From the NCBI RefSeq assembly GCF_004010195.1, contig NC_057755.1:5687474-5751473 (forward strand): DNA of 64,000 bases. The letters run 5' to 3'. Both the position numbers and the translations under genes were made by a program. This document shows, piece by piece, positions 36,412 through 50,329 of the stretch (its first letter is position 1; every line of letters starts with the position of its first letter). The stretch comes from Chiloscyllium plagiosum. Taxonomy: Eukaryota. Below the pieces are notes generated by a model. The model made no database searches, had not been told where the DNA came from, and worked only from the letters and a program-made list of their open reading frames with translations.

Positions 36412-39290
36412 AGGGCCTGCTTTCAGTGACTACAGATTTGGAACATGACAACACTCATTGAAGGCAATTGGTGAATGTGACAGCATTCTTCTTCACACTG
36501 TGAGTTGCTGTGGTCTGGAACGCACTTGCTGAAAGGGAAATGGAAACTAATGCAATAGGACCTTATCAAGAGAAATTAGGTCAATATATGAAACCTCTAC
36601 AGGATTAAACGTGTGGGACAAATTCAACAACATATCAACAAGCTCAAAGATGGGCAAATGTGCCCCTCCTGAACTCTACGTGTGTGAAGTTACTGTACAG
36701 TATCATATTAATATCAGCCAATCACTTGCAGAAACTATCTGGCATCGAAAACCATATCAGGGAGGTGTTTAGACACGATTTGAGGCACTGAAGAATGGCC
36801 CCTGATAAATAAAGGGGCATTTTCAGAAATCCAATCCTCCTGGTCAGCGTTACATCTTATGCTCACTTTGACAACATGAAGTGGTCGTCGGGGATCAGTG
36901 CTGAGAGAGATTAGCTTTGATCCCTGTGATTAAGATAGTCATCTGGCCAATTTGCTTTTGAACCTCTTCCGTCTCTGTGCAATGATCTTGGATCCTGCAA
37001 TCCCAAGTACATCACTTCAGTAGAAGAGGAACCTTTAGACTAAAATGGAATATGCTCAGCTGGCTACATTTTTTGGAGAGAATAAAGGATATCCCAATCC
37101 ACAGAGCCACCTTGGCTTCAAGAGGGAGCTGCTGTTTCCACCTTCAATTCTGAACGGCAAATTGGTCATTCCAGGATCTTCCAGCGGCGATATTCAACGT
37201 GGACTTCGGAAACGCAAATGGAATTTCATGGCTAAAAATATTAATGTGAAGATTGTTTCTAGTTTTACCTCAAGGATGTAGCTTTCGACAGCTTGAAAAG
37301 CAGCAAGAACCTTCCCTCCCATCCCTTCACCTCCCGACTCACCAGAGCACCTCCCCCAAATTGCCCAAACTCTCCCAGCACCAAGCACCAACTCTTACTG
37401 CGGTCAAATCACTCTGTCTTCAGAACAGGCCTCGCATGCACTGCCACCAAACTGGCAGAAGCCCGTACCCTTCACAGAATGATTCCGAACTCCTACCCTC
37501 TAATCAGAAACCTTACACCTACACACATTTTAGGTTACAGAAGTGATGCAGCTTGCAAGACGTAATAGAGACATGGATATTTGTAGCAGCTGAAAGAACA
37601 CAGAGACGAAGAAACACAAGGACAGAGAAGGTTGCAGGAGCCTCGAACAGTTCAACAGATACGGAAAATTGTAGTTCCTGCAGGAGGTGGGTTCAAGGGG
37701 CTGCAAAGGTTACAGATACAGAAATAGTTGTTGGAGTCTGAGGTGACAGGCTTGAGATGTCAAAGGGTTGAGATTACAGATATAGGGGCTGGAGGAGGTT
37801 AAAGAGGTGGAGAGTGCGTGTCGCGTCTAGATGAGATTATAGAGATCTGGAGGGATATCAAGTCTGGAGGAGGTTACAGAGAAAGGGAGGATGTAGGGAA
37901 TCGAGAGGTGACAGAGATACGGAGAGGGTTTTTCACAGACTTAGAAACTTGCACCAATTAAACAAAAACGGAGACATTAAGTTCAGAAATTCAATCAAAG
38001 GTCATAGGAGAATTCCAGCCCCTGAACTGAATAAAAAGGCATATAAATCATTTCAATATACCTTCTCATCTTGGGAAAGTGAAAATAAAACAAGACAAAA
38101 TGAAATCGGTGGATCCACAGGTAAGTGACACCTGATGGAATCAATCAGGTTCACGAGGATGATCCCCATATAAACAAAGGTTAAACAGTGTGAGACACTA
38201 CTCATCGGCGTTGAGAAGAAAGAGAGGTAATCTCGTTGAAACGTACAGTATTCTTATAAGATCAGGCAGGGTAAAGGATGAAAGGATATTTAAAGGGGGA
38301 ACAAGTTAAGTCTTAGAAGAGAGGAAATTTCTTCTCTGACGGGAGAGAATCTTTGTAATTCCCTGCTACAGAGAAGTCTGTGTGCGTGTGTTGGAGCAGA
38401 GACCTAGTGTCTATTTAAGGCTGAGATAGGCAATTTCTTGATTGGTCCGGTACTCGAGGGTTATGGGCAAATTGGATGTGAGGAACACTGGATCAATCAT
38501 GATTCTACTGAATGGTGGAACAGACTCAAGGAACTGAATATTCTATATTGTTCAAATTTCTTATGCCCTCAAAGGGAGTAGTAGCAGTTGACATGAGTCG
38601 AGGACCACCACCTTTCAGGACCAATTGATCGGACACTACTTGAGACAGTTAGAAACCAGCATCATCCAGGCTAATTAGAATGTAATAACAGCATTGATCT
38701 GACAATAGCTCATGTCTTGGAAATGCCAAGCAGCAGCTTTCATTGACCAAAGTGCGTGCACCAAGTTTGAAACTGAACTTGATATCGCCTGCTTTCCAGC
38801 CAGAAACACAAGGATATCACGGTATTGGAGTGGGTCCAGAGATCAAGTGTCAACTGCTTGTCCCAAGCCAAATTGAATTCCAAAGTTGAAGTATGCCTTT
38901 CAATTCAGAGCCTTGCTTTATGACGCATTACTTTCTAACTTCAGCAATGCTTCCTAAATTACTTCACCATGCTGTTTCCTGGTTAAAGTCTCAAACAAAA
39001 CAAACAGATCGAACATGTGTTTAAGTGCTAACATCAAATTTGAGACTTGGGAAGAGCAGAGAAGGGTGAGGACACATTTAATAGAGTTATTGGAAATCAG
39101 AAAATAGTTAACAGAGTAAATGGGAAGGGCCTGCTTTCAGTGACTACAGATTTGGAACATGACAACACTCATTGAAGGCAATTGGTGAATGTGACAGCAT
39201 TCTTCTTCACACTGTGAGTTGCTGTGGTCTGGAACGCACTTGCTGAAAGGGAAATGGAAACTAATGCAATGGGACCTTATCAAGAGAAAT
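36412..39290 (+). repeat. Segment bounded by 165-bp near-identical direct repeats (36412-36576 and 39126-39290)
   Basis: Copies match by eye except gcaatAgg vs gcaatGgg. Confidence 0.9.
38130..38570 (+). mobile_element. Decayed CR1 3' fragment
   Basis: RRKRGNLVETY-like peptide and gatcaatcatgat..gaatggtggaacagactc 3' UTR. Confidence 0.7.
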
Positions 39291-39679
39291 GTGGGACCTT
39301 CCCCATATCCTTTATTTCTACAACTCTATTCCTGGTCAGAAGTGCAAACCTAGTCTCTCTCGCTTTCTCATAACCAATCCTCACTCATAAGAGGTAGGCG
39401 TCTCTCTGAACCCTGCTTCCTTTCTCTTCTTCTTCCCCACCCCATGAATTGTCACTGTCTCCTCTCGCCAGCAGTTTCCCCTTCACCCAATCACTGCCCC
39501 ATCGTCCTCATCCAATCCAATGCTCGAGTGCAGTCCCCAACACTGACTTTTGCCCTTCTGCCACCGGAGCACTGCTCTACTGTCACGTCCTTCCTCTTCC
39601 AGGTACAAATCCAATCCCTTTGCTGAGTCCTGTATGACTTTCTAAGTAACGTTTCTGACTCACCCCTTCTTTTCATCAG

Positions 39680-41322
39680 AATTCACATTGGAACAGGGCA
39701 ATGTTAGTGAGAATACGAAGATAAAGGTGACAAGATTAGGTGGGATTGAGGTTGGCAAAGAGGAGGTTTTAGCAATTCTTGATGATCTGAAAATCGATAA
39801 GATCCCGGGGACGGATGAGATTTATCCTAAGACTCACTGAGAAGCTAGGGGGGAGATTGGTGAGCATTTGGCTTCTATCGCTATGTCATCATTTCTGACA
39901 TGAGTAGTGTCAGAAGACTGGAGGATATGAAATGTTGTTCCCTTGATTAAGAATGAGAGTTGGGGCAACACTGGAAATTATACGCCAGTGAGCCTTACTT
40001 CGGTTGTGGGTAATGTGTTGGAAAAGGTTATAAGAGACAGGATTCATAATCATCTGGAAAGGAATAAGTTGATTCAGGATAGTCAACACAGTTTTGTGAA
40101 GGGTGGGTTGCGCCTCCCTAACCTCATTGAGTTCTTTGAGAAGGTGACAAAACAGTTGGATGAAAGTAAGGCGGTTGATGTGGTGTATATGGACTTCAAT
40201 CAGGCGTTTGATAAGGTTCAAAGCTGTAGGCTATTGTATAAAATGAACAGTTTTGGGAATTAAGATGATTTAGCGGTTTGGATCAGAACTTGGCTAGCTG
40301 AAAGAAGACAGAGCATCGTAGTTGATAGGAAATTTTCAGTAACAAGTGGTGTATTGCAAGGATCTCTATTGGGGCTATTGCTATTTATCATTTTTATAAA
40401 TGATCTGGAGATGGTCGTATAAGGATGGATTAGTAAAATTACAGATGGCACTGAGGTACGCACAGTTGTGGATTGTGCCGAAAGATGCAGTGGGCTATTG
40501 TTTGATAAAAATAAAATGCAGAGATGTGCTCGGAAGTGGCAAATAGAGTTTTAATGCAGAAAAATGTGAAGTCGTTTACTTCAGAAGAAGAAACAAGAAT
40601 GCAGTGCACTGGGCTAATGGTAAAAGTATTGGCAGTGTAGATGAAAAAAGAGATCTCGGTGTCCATCTGAATAAATCTTTGAAAGTTGCCACCCAAATTT
40701 ATAGGGTTGTTAAGACGGAATATGGTGTGTTGGCCTTTATTAGTACGGGATTGAGACTTGGAGCCACCAGATCATGCTTCAGCTGTATAAGTCACTGGTA
40801 AGGCGGCACCTGGTGTGTTGCGTGCAGTTCTGGTCACTGCATTATAGGAAAGACATGGAAGGGCTCAGTGGAAATTTAATAGGATGTTGCCTGGTATGAA
40901 AGGAAGGTGTTTCGAGGAAAGACTGAGAGAACTGTAGCTGTTTTTATTGGAGAGAAGAAGTTTGAGAGGTGATTTAACCGAGACATATACGATAATCAGA
41001 AGGTTAGATAGGGTGGACACTGGGAGCCTTTTCGTCAGACTGTGATCGCTAGCACGATGAGACAACACTTTAAATTGAGGGGTTACAGATTGAGGACAGA
41101 CAACATGGGAAGTTCCTTTAGTCAGAGAATAGTAAGGGCGAGGAACGGCCTGCCTGTCACCGTAGTAGACTTGCCGACGTTAATGGCATTTAACTCGGCA
41201 TGGGACATACATATGGATAATAATGGAACAGTGTCGCTTAAAAGGGTCATCAGATTAATTTTGCAAGTCGGCGCAACATTGAGGATAAAAGGCCTGTTTC
41301 TCGCTGTAACGTTGTATGTTCT
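39680..41322 (+). mobile_element. CR1 LINE RT and 3' end, decayed
   Basis: NYTPVSLTSVVG, LIEFFEKVTK, VYMDFNQAFDKV and QGSLLGLLLF. Confidence 0.92.
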
Positions 41323-41469
41323 CCCCACATCTGACCTGCACCCCATCGCTGGGACTGTCTCTCACTCTTAAATCTGACATCTTCCTAGATTTCTTCCCAG
41401 ATGGAGCAACTATCTCTCTCTTTTCCCTGCATTGAATACTGGCTCTTTCTATCTTTAACCTTCAGCCCC

Positions 41470-41485
41470 CCTCTATCTTTCTCTC

Positions 41486-41517
<32 letters not shown>
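41470..41517. repeat. (CT)n microsatellite
   Basis: Seen directly. Confidence 0.9.
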
Positions 41518-42939
41518 GAGTTCCAGAGCACTGATTCTACTTTGCACCACTGACGTTCTCTCCCTCACTCTCCCTTTCTTTCAAGTATCTGCTTTCTGTT
41601 CTTCTCTCGCACTCTCTAAATCTTACTGCTGCCGAACATGCACAACTGAAGAGCTACTCACAAAGTAAAAGCTTGAGGTTAGTGGTTCCATCAAGTTGAG
41701 CATGAAAAAGTAACCGCCTGTACCGACAATAGCTGCGATACAGCTGACGATGTGCATCTCTATTATTGCTTGTTTCTGCAAGAAGCTTAAATAGGTTATT
41801 TTGCAATCAGCTAATTATCAAACCCCTTTTTCAATTAGGATGTCCTCTCAGTTCTGAAGGAACTACTAACTTCACCTCTCCCCTTCCATCATGTCTTCCT
41901 GAAATCGTTGACCAAATCGGTGTCTCTTCTCCAGCTCTCTGGCCCCAAAGAACAGTGAAAGTATAGAAGGAGATCATTTCACCCACATGCAGGTCCAGCC
42001 TCAATGAAGGAGTGACTCAACTAGCGCTCTTCTCTCGTCAACGTCCTATTATCCTGTACATTCTTCCTTTGCAGACAACTTCCTGTTGAGTTCTCAACTG
42101 AAGCTGTTACCACCAAACTCGTGCGCACCTAATTCCGAATTCTAACATTCACAGTATCAAAAAAAACTCTGTTGCTGTAGTTTCTTCTGTCAATTGAATT
42201 CGATTTTCTTCTGATTCCTGATCGGTTTATTTTTTTATTTGTTCCATCCAATTCCCTCATGCTTTCAAACACACTGAAACCTTCTCATTTCGAAGAAAGC
42301 CAATCCACTCCAATTTGTCTGCAATATTGAAGATCCTCAGATCTGGAACTATTTTTGTAACTTTTTCTGCAATCTCTCGGAGAAGTGTGGTGTCCAATAC
42401 ACCAGCTGTGACCCCAGTTTTTTACACAAGTTGATCACATTGCCCTGGCCGAAGAATAAGCAGTAACTGCTCTATACTGCTTGTTGTCACTCAGATAATT
42501 TTGGATCCATTTTTCTGCGATTTCTTTATCGAGGGAACTCTTAGCTGAACACAACTGTCCAGACTTTACCAAATGCCTTTTGTAATTTCCCCAGTTAATT
42601 ATTCTTGCCCTGGATTGTTCCATATACTTGACCAAAGTAAACAAAACATTTAGGTGGAATGTCCACCGTTCCTCAATGTTCTCCACCGAACACACTTCAT
42701 TCACAAGAATCATCGACCTTATGGTTGGCATCCATTTTAACACCCCCGATGACATATCCAGCCTTGACCTCCTCAACTGTCAGATGGAAACCCTTCTTCG
42801 GGGGGTGGGGTGTGTGTGGGGCGGGGGGTGTTTAGGCGAGCCCAAAAGTTTTATTCCGCCTGAGAAGCATACAGACCAATGGACCCAATATCGATGTCAC
42901 CAACTTCAAAACCCCTGCGCCTCAATCTTATCCCATGTC

Positions 42940-43232
42940 TAATTCCACCCCTCCCCCTTGCCTCCCTGATCTGATCTAACCTGTCCATCTTCCTACTCAC
43001 ATATCTGCTCAACCATTCTCACTGACCAATCACTAAAACCTCTACCTTTCCCCCATCCTCATTACCCCTTCCCTCTACATACTTTTGGGTTCCCCTCCAC
43101 CACATACCCAATCCTGGTGAAGGGTTTCCACCTGAAACATTGACTTTGCTACTCATCGGATGCTGTCTGACCTGTTTTGCTTTTCCAGTTCAACATCTAT
43201 TAACTATGATTTCTGCATCTGCAGTCTTTCCT
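42940..43232 (+). mobile_element. Old Penelope-like 3' fragment with degenerate hammerhead motif
   Basis: C-rich tract, then ctggtgaagggtttccacctgaaacatt and gatgctgtctgacctg..ttttccag..gcatctgcagtc. Confidence 0.65.
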
Positions 43233-43571
43233 GTCACCAATGTGCCGTGTTTCTTTGACTGGAATGGTGCTGACTCTGAAAATTGCCCTGAACACCTTCT
43301 AGGAACTCTGTTGAACAACTGTCCCAGTCGAAATCACATGATTAAAATTCATAATATTACTCGACAATTCTTATATCTTTCTATACTGTCCTTGTAAAGT
43401 GATAGTGGTTGAGAGATAACAACGAGCAATATATCTGCACACTTTGTGTTCCCAGAAAACTAATCCAAACCTTCAATCCTCTGGATATCTCTTTCTTGGA
43501 CTGCAATATTTTCTTTAATAATCAAGAATTTCCTCCACCCTTCTTTTCTGAAAATCTCGTGTCCATAAATA

Positions 43572-43760
43572 GTTAAAAATTACACAACACCAGGTTACAG
43601 TCCAACAGGTTTGTTTCGAAGCACTAAGGTTGACAACCACCTGATTAAGGAGCAGCGCTCTGAAAGCTAGTGCTTCCAAATAAAACTGTTGGACTATAAC
43701 CTGGTGTTACATGATTTTTAACTTAACCACCCAGGTCCAACACTGGTACCTCCAAGTCAT
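43572..43760 (+). mobile_element. Penelope-like terminal fragment (third family) forming a ~55-bp-arm hairpin around a hammerhead motif
   Basis: Arms at 43572-43626 and 43668-43722. Core cac-CTGATTA-A-GGAGC-AGC-GCTCT-GAAA-GC-TA-gtg. Confidence 0.75.
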
Positions 43761-43929
43761 GACAAATAGTGATGTTTGTCCAGGTTTCAGTTATACCTAT
43801 AATATTATATTTCAATGTGCATACAACTCATCTGTTTTATTTACCTCTATCCACACATTCAGGTATACCCTCAGATATATTACACTTAGATTTAAATATA
43901 TATATACAGCATGAACTATTTGGATATTT

Positions 43930-45065
43930 GTTCTTTGGACAAGTCTCCATCTACTCCTTCATCCAAGTCTCAGCTTTACAGCTAATCTTTCTATACCCTG
44001 TTCTCTTATCTAGTCTTCTGATTTTCTTTTGGAAGATACTGAACTTTCAAACTAACTATCTGTCCTTGGCATTGAATGGAATTGTTGCACATGAATCTCC
44101 CATGCTGAGGGCTGACCAATGATCTGGCAAAGCCACAAGCTCTTCCTGCGTGAAGGACAAGATCATAGATAACATGACATATTAACTGTTGACAGGCTTT
44201 CATTGTACATCGACATTCTTTCTTAATATTTTTCTAGGGTCCCATATACCAAAGCGAACTTTGTTCAAATGTTCCCAAACTCATCCAGGGAGAAAGATGA
44301 TCCTGTTTTAGTTGAGGTCCAATCTTCAGTTTATGGTCCCGTGCCAGAAATCAAAGGCATTCCTCTCCGCTGCATTATCTTTCCAGCCACGAATTAATCT
44401 ACCTTCCACACCTACTTCTGCATTCACGTATGCATTATACTGCCAATAAAATGGAGATCATGATTATTATTGGGTCAGTTTATACCAGAAATTCCCACCT
44501 GGAAGACTTGAGAAGGGGATCCACCAATATCTCTTCAGGACAAACTGTGACCAGGTCTTGCAACACGACCCCAAGGAGTAAAAACATTAACAATGCTTAC
44601 GAGGTGGATATTTGTTGCGTTTATAGTGTCCTCCACTAGTGAACCTGCTATGATATACTGTGGGATAGAAGTACCCTGCATAAGAAACATTGGTGGTAAA
44701 ACAATAATTGCAAACTGTGTATCAAAACACTTTGCAGCATACTCTGCTTGCATAAATGCATATGTAAAGGATTAAAATATATGTGTAGAGCACTAAGCAA
44801 CAACAATTTCGTTCTTTGTGTAAGTCTCCGCCCATTCCATCCTCCTTATCTTAGCTTTTCATCGAAATTTTCTCTACCCTTTTCTCTCATCTACTCATCT
44901 GAGTTTCCTTTGGAAAACTCTAAACTTTCAATGTAACTATCTGACTTTGACTTCCAATAGAATTGTCACATATAAATCTCGCAATACCCACATGCTAAAG
45001 GCTGATCAATGATCTGCCGAAGCCATACGCACTACCTGCCAGACGGACAAGCTCACAGATGACAA
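43930..45065 (+). repeat. Diverged ~245-bp direct repeat pair (43930-44175 and 44810-45065)
   Basis: Collinear anchors ttctttg..aagtctcc, aactttcaa..taactatctg, ggctga(c/t)caatgatctg and ggacaag. Confidence 0.75.
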
Positions 45066-45499
45066 CGGATCACCATCATTTGCAAATGCCCAACAAAGTG
45101 ACACACCATCCTGACTTGGAGCTATATGGCAGTTTACTCATTGTCTGTGGACAAATATCCTGGAACTCCCGTCTTAACAGAACTGTGGGCATACCTGGAC
45201 CCAAAGGCCGTTAGCAGTATAAAATTGCAGTTCGTGAGCACTTTCCCAACAGCAGTTAGGAACGGATAATACATACTGTTTTAGGCAGCTACCTCCATAT
45301 CTTTTGAATAAACATATTAAGAAAATAACTTTGATCGCTATCAGTGGTAAACAAGTTCCACATCTCACCACTATGAGTGAACAAAATTCTTCAGAAGTCC
45401 CGAAGGAATTATTTGGATATTTTCTTATCCATGCCTTCTCTGGTTTCAAACTGCACCAACATTTTGGGGCTCGGTTTGGGTTCCACTAAACTGCCAATC

Positions 45500-46550
45500 T
45501 CATTAGAAAAATGCACAGCTCTTCAAGTGAAGTGAGAGTGACTGCCCTTGACATAAAAGCTCCACTTGACCAGATTACGCATTAAGAAACCTTAACGGGA
45601 ATCGTTGGAAAGCTCACGTTTCTTTGGAGCTGTACCTGTTATGAAGAAAGAAGATTTTTGAAGGTCAATCATCTCAGTTGCAGGAATTCCTCCGGGTCTT
45701 GTCTCAGGTCCTATGATTGTCAAATGCATTATCAATGACCTACCCTCCAGCATAAGGTCAGAAGTGTCAATGCTCGCTGATGACTGTACAATGTTCAGCA
45801 CTATTTGTGACTGCATTTCTAACCAATAAAATATGGACAGCAGCCAGGTTTGGGCTGATCAGTGGCAAGCAACATGCATACTACAAAAAGGTCATCTCCA
45901 ACAAGCAATTCTAAGAATAGCACTTTCATATTAAATGGCATTCTATGACTGAATACCTCCCTATAAACAAACTGAGTATTTCTTCAGACCAGAAACTGAA
46001 CTGGCCTACCATAGCTTCAAAAGCAAGTCAGGGGGGATAGGAATTGTCTGTTGAGTACTCACATCTTGTCTCTCCAAAATCCTAAGCATTATCCAGAAAG
46101 CACAAGTCAGGAATCTGATAGAGTTCTCTCCAACAGGCCTGGGTGGGTGCAATTCACACAAAACTCAATAAGTTCAACATCATCCTGGACAATCAATCCA
46201 TTTTATTGGTACGCCGCCCATTACATTGAAAATTCACTCCCTCACCACTGACACTCAATGGCCGTAACATCAAGGGACATTCAATAGCTGTCATTTCTAC
46301 CACAGAGGAGCACTAAGGTAGCAAAAGTATAGGAATACCACAACTTACAAGATTTACCTCCAGGTCACGCATTATCCTGACACTGAATTGCATCTACATT
46401 CCTTCACTAACCAGCTGAACATTCTGGAATTCCCTTTATATTAAGCACCCCAGTGACTGCGGTTCACCACTAACTTCTTTGGAGCAATTCAGGACAGGAA
46501 ATAAGTGCCAGCCTTAGCCAGAAGCTGATTTTGCAAGAATGAAGGAAAAA
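45500..46550 (+). mobile_element. Decayed L2/CR1-like LINE RT and 3' end
   Basis: ALDIKA, GIPPGLVSGP and INDLPSSIRSEVSMLADDCTMFSTI. Confidence 0.75.
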
Positions 46551-47439
46551 GATGGTGTCTGCATAATGTCAGCTACGAACATCTTTGTGGATTTTAAAAA
46601 TCAGTTGTAAAGGTATCAAATGCTTAAAATATTCTGTAAGTCCGCCTGCATATTTGCCCTCGTCAACACCATGAGAACTTCATGCCTTCCATTAAGTTAT
46701 GTGCACAGAGAAAAAGGTGTTCCAATTTGTTTAAGGGCTCCCAATAGTTGTTCGAGAATTGGCATTTGAAGACTGAGATGAAGTGACATTCCCTCACTCA
46801 GAGGGCTGTGAATCTTGGAAGTTTTTCATCCTGGAGATTTAGGCATGTTCAATTATTGCGTTTGTTCAAAGGCTGAGCTCCTCCGATTCTGAGAGAACGA
46901 ACGGAGTCAAGGGTTATGAAATATGGGTGAAATAGTAGAAGATGCAGTGACCTGCAGTGATCATACTGAATACTCATACTGAATACTCTTATTTTAGCTC
47001 TTAGGAATTTCCTTGATCTTTTGAGTGATTTGTCAATATTGATAAGGAAATGAACACACCAAAACTCTGGTGCATCAGGGAATTCCGATTACAACAGCAA
47101 AAATATAACGTTTCAGTGAAATTTAGGGGAACACTGAACAGCACCTGAGTGATGTCAAAAGTTATCTCGGTGATCTGCAAGAGAAGGAGGGCTCATCTGT
47201 AATTCCACACCAGAATGCTAAGTTATTCAAATCAGAGGGAGGCAATAGTACAGGTTTAGCAACAAAACTTCCCGAGTGAGATAGATGGAGATTATCAGAA
47301 AGGATTTGGATGTTAGAGGAAAAACATTATTTAGAGTTCATGAAAGGTGAAAACATGAGACTATGACAGAGAGGAGGTGAGAAACCATTCAGGATTTGTA
47401 TGTGACAAGGAAGTATCAGGCAAGATTTGTTCGACTTCC

Positions 47440-48415
47440 TCACGATATCAGGCTGTTTCTAATGGAGTACATAAAGGTTCAGTGCTAAATTTGCAATATG
47501 GACTAATTATAATATTTTCAAATTTGCTGACAACATCAAACTGAGTTGAGGTAAGAGAAGACAACGGGGGAAAAGGGAGCAAGATGTTTGGAAGTTGCAA
47601 AGAAGCTTCAAGAGGAGTTCGACAAGCTAAGTAAATGGGTTGGAACATGACATATGGAATATGATGTAATAGAGGTAGATTATTCATTTTGATTGAAAAA
47701 AACTGTATTTCTTATATAATGGTCGCTTGGGAAATGTCAGTTTCGAAAGGAATCTGGGTGGCTTTCTTGATAAATCATTAAGCAGCAGCATGTAGGTGCA
47801 GAAGGTTATTAAAAACGAAAACTGTATGCTAGCATTCATTTTGAAAGAATCTGAGCACAGAAGAATACAACCTTAAGGTCTAGAACCTTAATGAGACCTC
47901 ACATTGAGGACTGTGTGTAGGGAATACCTGCCAGGGAGAGAGAAAAATGTAGGTTCACCAGATTAATCCCTGGGATGGCGGGATGCTTACATGGGAAGAA
48001 TTGGAAATTGAGCCTTCGTCTGTAGAATTTTAAACAACGAGAAGTGATCTCATTGTAACTTACAAATTCTTCCAGGGAGTGAGGGATGAATATAGATAGA
48101 AACTCTTCAATGTGTGGTACCTGTGGAATCAGGATCCATAATCTCAAAGGGAAGGGGGAGGCCAGTAAAGACTGAGATGAAGAGAAATTTCTTCCTGAGA
48201 TAATGGTGAATCTTTACAATTCTCTTCCAGAGAATTCACAGAGAACTGTGAAAGCTCAATCATTGACAATGTTGAGATAGAACTGATTTGATTTCTGGTG
48301 TGTAATGTCATAAGAAATGTGGAGAAATTGTGGGAAAATGACATTAAGGAGATGGTTAGTCATGATCTGCATTGTTGAGACAGACTCAATAGCCTCCGCC
48401 TGAACTTACATTTCA
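47440..48415 (+). mobile_element. Heavily decayed CR1 3' half
   Basis: SKFADNIKL, RPHIEDCV and RFTRLIPGM. Confidence 0.75.
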
Positions 48416-48661
48416 ATGACGGATCGAGAGAAAAAAAATCATTCCGCTTTTGTTGTGGGAAGATTGAAATATCAGGCAGGACTTTGAAGTGATCGGAGTG
48501 CATCAGACTGAACGGTATCAGAAAGAGAGAGAGATATGAAACAAGTTTCATCCGTGAGAGAGGGCAATACAGGCCAGCTTTGTGACTGAGAATATCTGAC
48601 ACAGATTGAGAGAGAAACTGAACCATCAGAACTTGGTGTGCTGGATAAGACATTATGATGC

Positions 48662-48830
48662 ATCTCAGTTAGCTCCGTTTGCTGGACAGCTCGTTTGGGA
48701 TACAGAGTAACTGCAAACAGGTCACAGTTCTGCACGATCTGAGGCTACAGAAAAGGACCTTTCTTCCCAACCTCTCCCGTCACCTGAACCTCAAATGGAA
48801 GAGCAGACGGAGAGTCTGATAAGACCTTTT
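48662..48830 (+). mobile_element. Old tRNA-derived SINE fragment
   Basis: tagctccgtttg A-box-like head and decayed body. Family recognised only loosely. Confidence 0.4.
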
Positions 48831-50329
48831 ACCTTTAATAGACAGGGATTGTGTGTGAGAGAAAGAAATATCAGAATGCATGAGAAAGTGGAAAAAATCG
48901 AACCCTGGTCTGTGTGTGAGGGAGGAATATCAGACAAGGTTCACGTGTGAGAGAGAGCAATATCTTACAAGGTTCATGCGTGTTGGGGAGGAATATCAGA
49001 CAAGGTTCATGTATGAGACTGGAATGTCAGACAATGTGTGAGACAGACATAACAGTCAGGGTTTATGCATAAGAGAGATGAATATTAGACAGGGTTTATG
49101 TGTGAGAGTGAGGAATATCAAGCAGGGATAATGTGTGAGAGAAGAAATATTAGACAGAATTAATGTTTGAGAGAGACAGGAGTATCAGTCAGTGTTTATG
49201 TGTGAGAAACACGAATGTTAGTCCGGGTTTATGTGTGAGAGAAGGAATATCAGTCATGGTTTATCTGAGAGAATTAGGAATATTACACAGCGTTCATTTG
49301 TGAGAGACAGGAATATCAGAAAGTATTTATGTGTGCGAGTGAAGAATATTAGTCAGGATTTATGAGAAGAGAGATAGGAATACCAGACTGGTTTTACGTG
49401 TGAGAAGGAGGAATACAGTCATGGTTTTTCTGTGAGAGAGGGTAATATCAGTCAGGTTTATGTGTGAGAGAGAGAGAAATACCAGTCAGTTGTTTTGCGT
49501 GAGAGAGAGGAATATCAGTTAGATTTATGTGTGCGAGACAGGAATATTGCACAGGATTTATGCCTGAGAAATTGGATTGAGACAGGGTTAATGTTACAGA
49601 GTTAGGAATATCAGTCAGGGTTTATGTGTGAGAGACAGGAATATCGGACAGGGTTTATGTGTGAGTGAAGAAATATTAGACAGGAGTAATGTTTGAGAGA
49701 GACAGAATTATCGGTCAGTGTTTATGTGTGAGAAACAGGAATATCAGTCCGGGTTTATGTGTGAGAGAAATGATATCCGTCAGGCTTTATGCGTGAAAGT
49801 TAGGAATATTAGGTAGGAGACATGTTACAGAGGTAGGAATATCAGTCAGTGTTCATGTGTGAGAGACAGGGATATCCGGCAGGGTTTATGTGTGTGAGAG
49901 AGGAATAGCAGTCAGGGATTAAGTTTGAGAGAAAAATAACGGACAGGGTTTCTGTGAGCGGGTCAGTAATGGCAGTATGATTTTATGTGTGAGAATTAGG
50001 AATATTAGACAGTGTTCATGTGTGAGAGACAGGAATATCCAAGAGTGTTTACGTGTGTGAGAGAAGGATACTGGTCAGGGTTTATTTGTGAGGGACAGGA
50101 ATACCAGACTGGTTTTATGTAAGAGAGAGGAATATCAGTCAAGGTTTATGTACGCGAGACAGGAACATCAGCCGATCATTATGTGTGAGAGACAGGAATA
50201 TCAGTTATAGTTTATGTGTGAAAGGGAGGAATATCAGTCAGGGTTTATGTGTGAGAGCGAGGAATATGAGACAGGGTTAATATGTGAGAGAGAAGAATTT
50301 CATCAGGGTTTATGTGTGTGAGACAGGAA

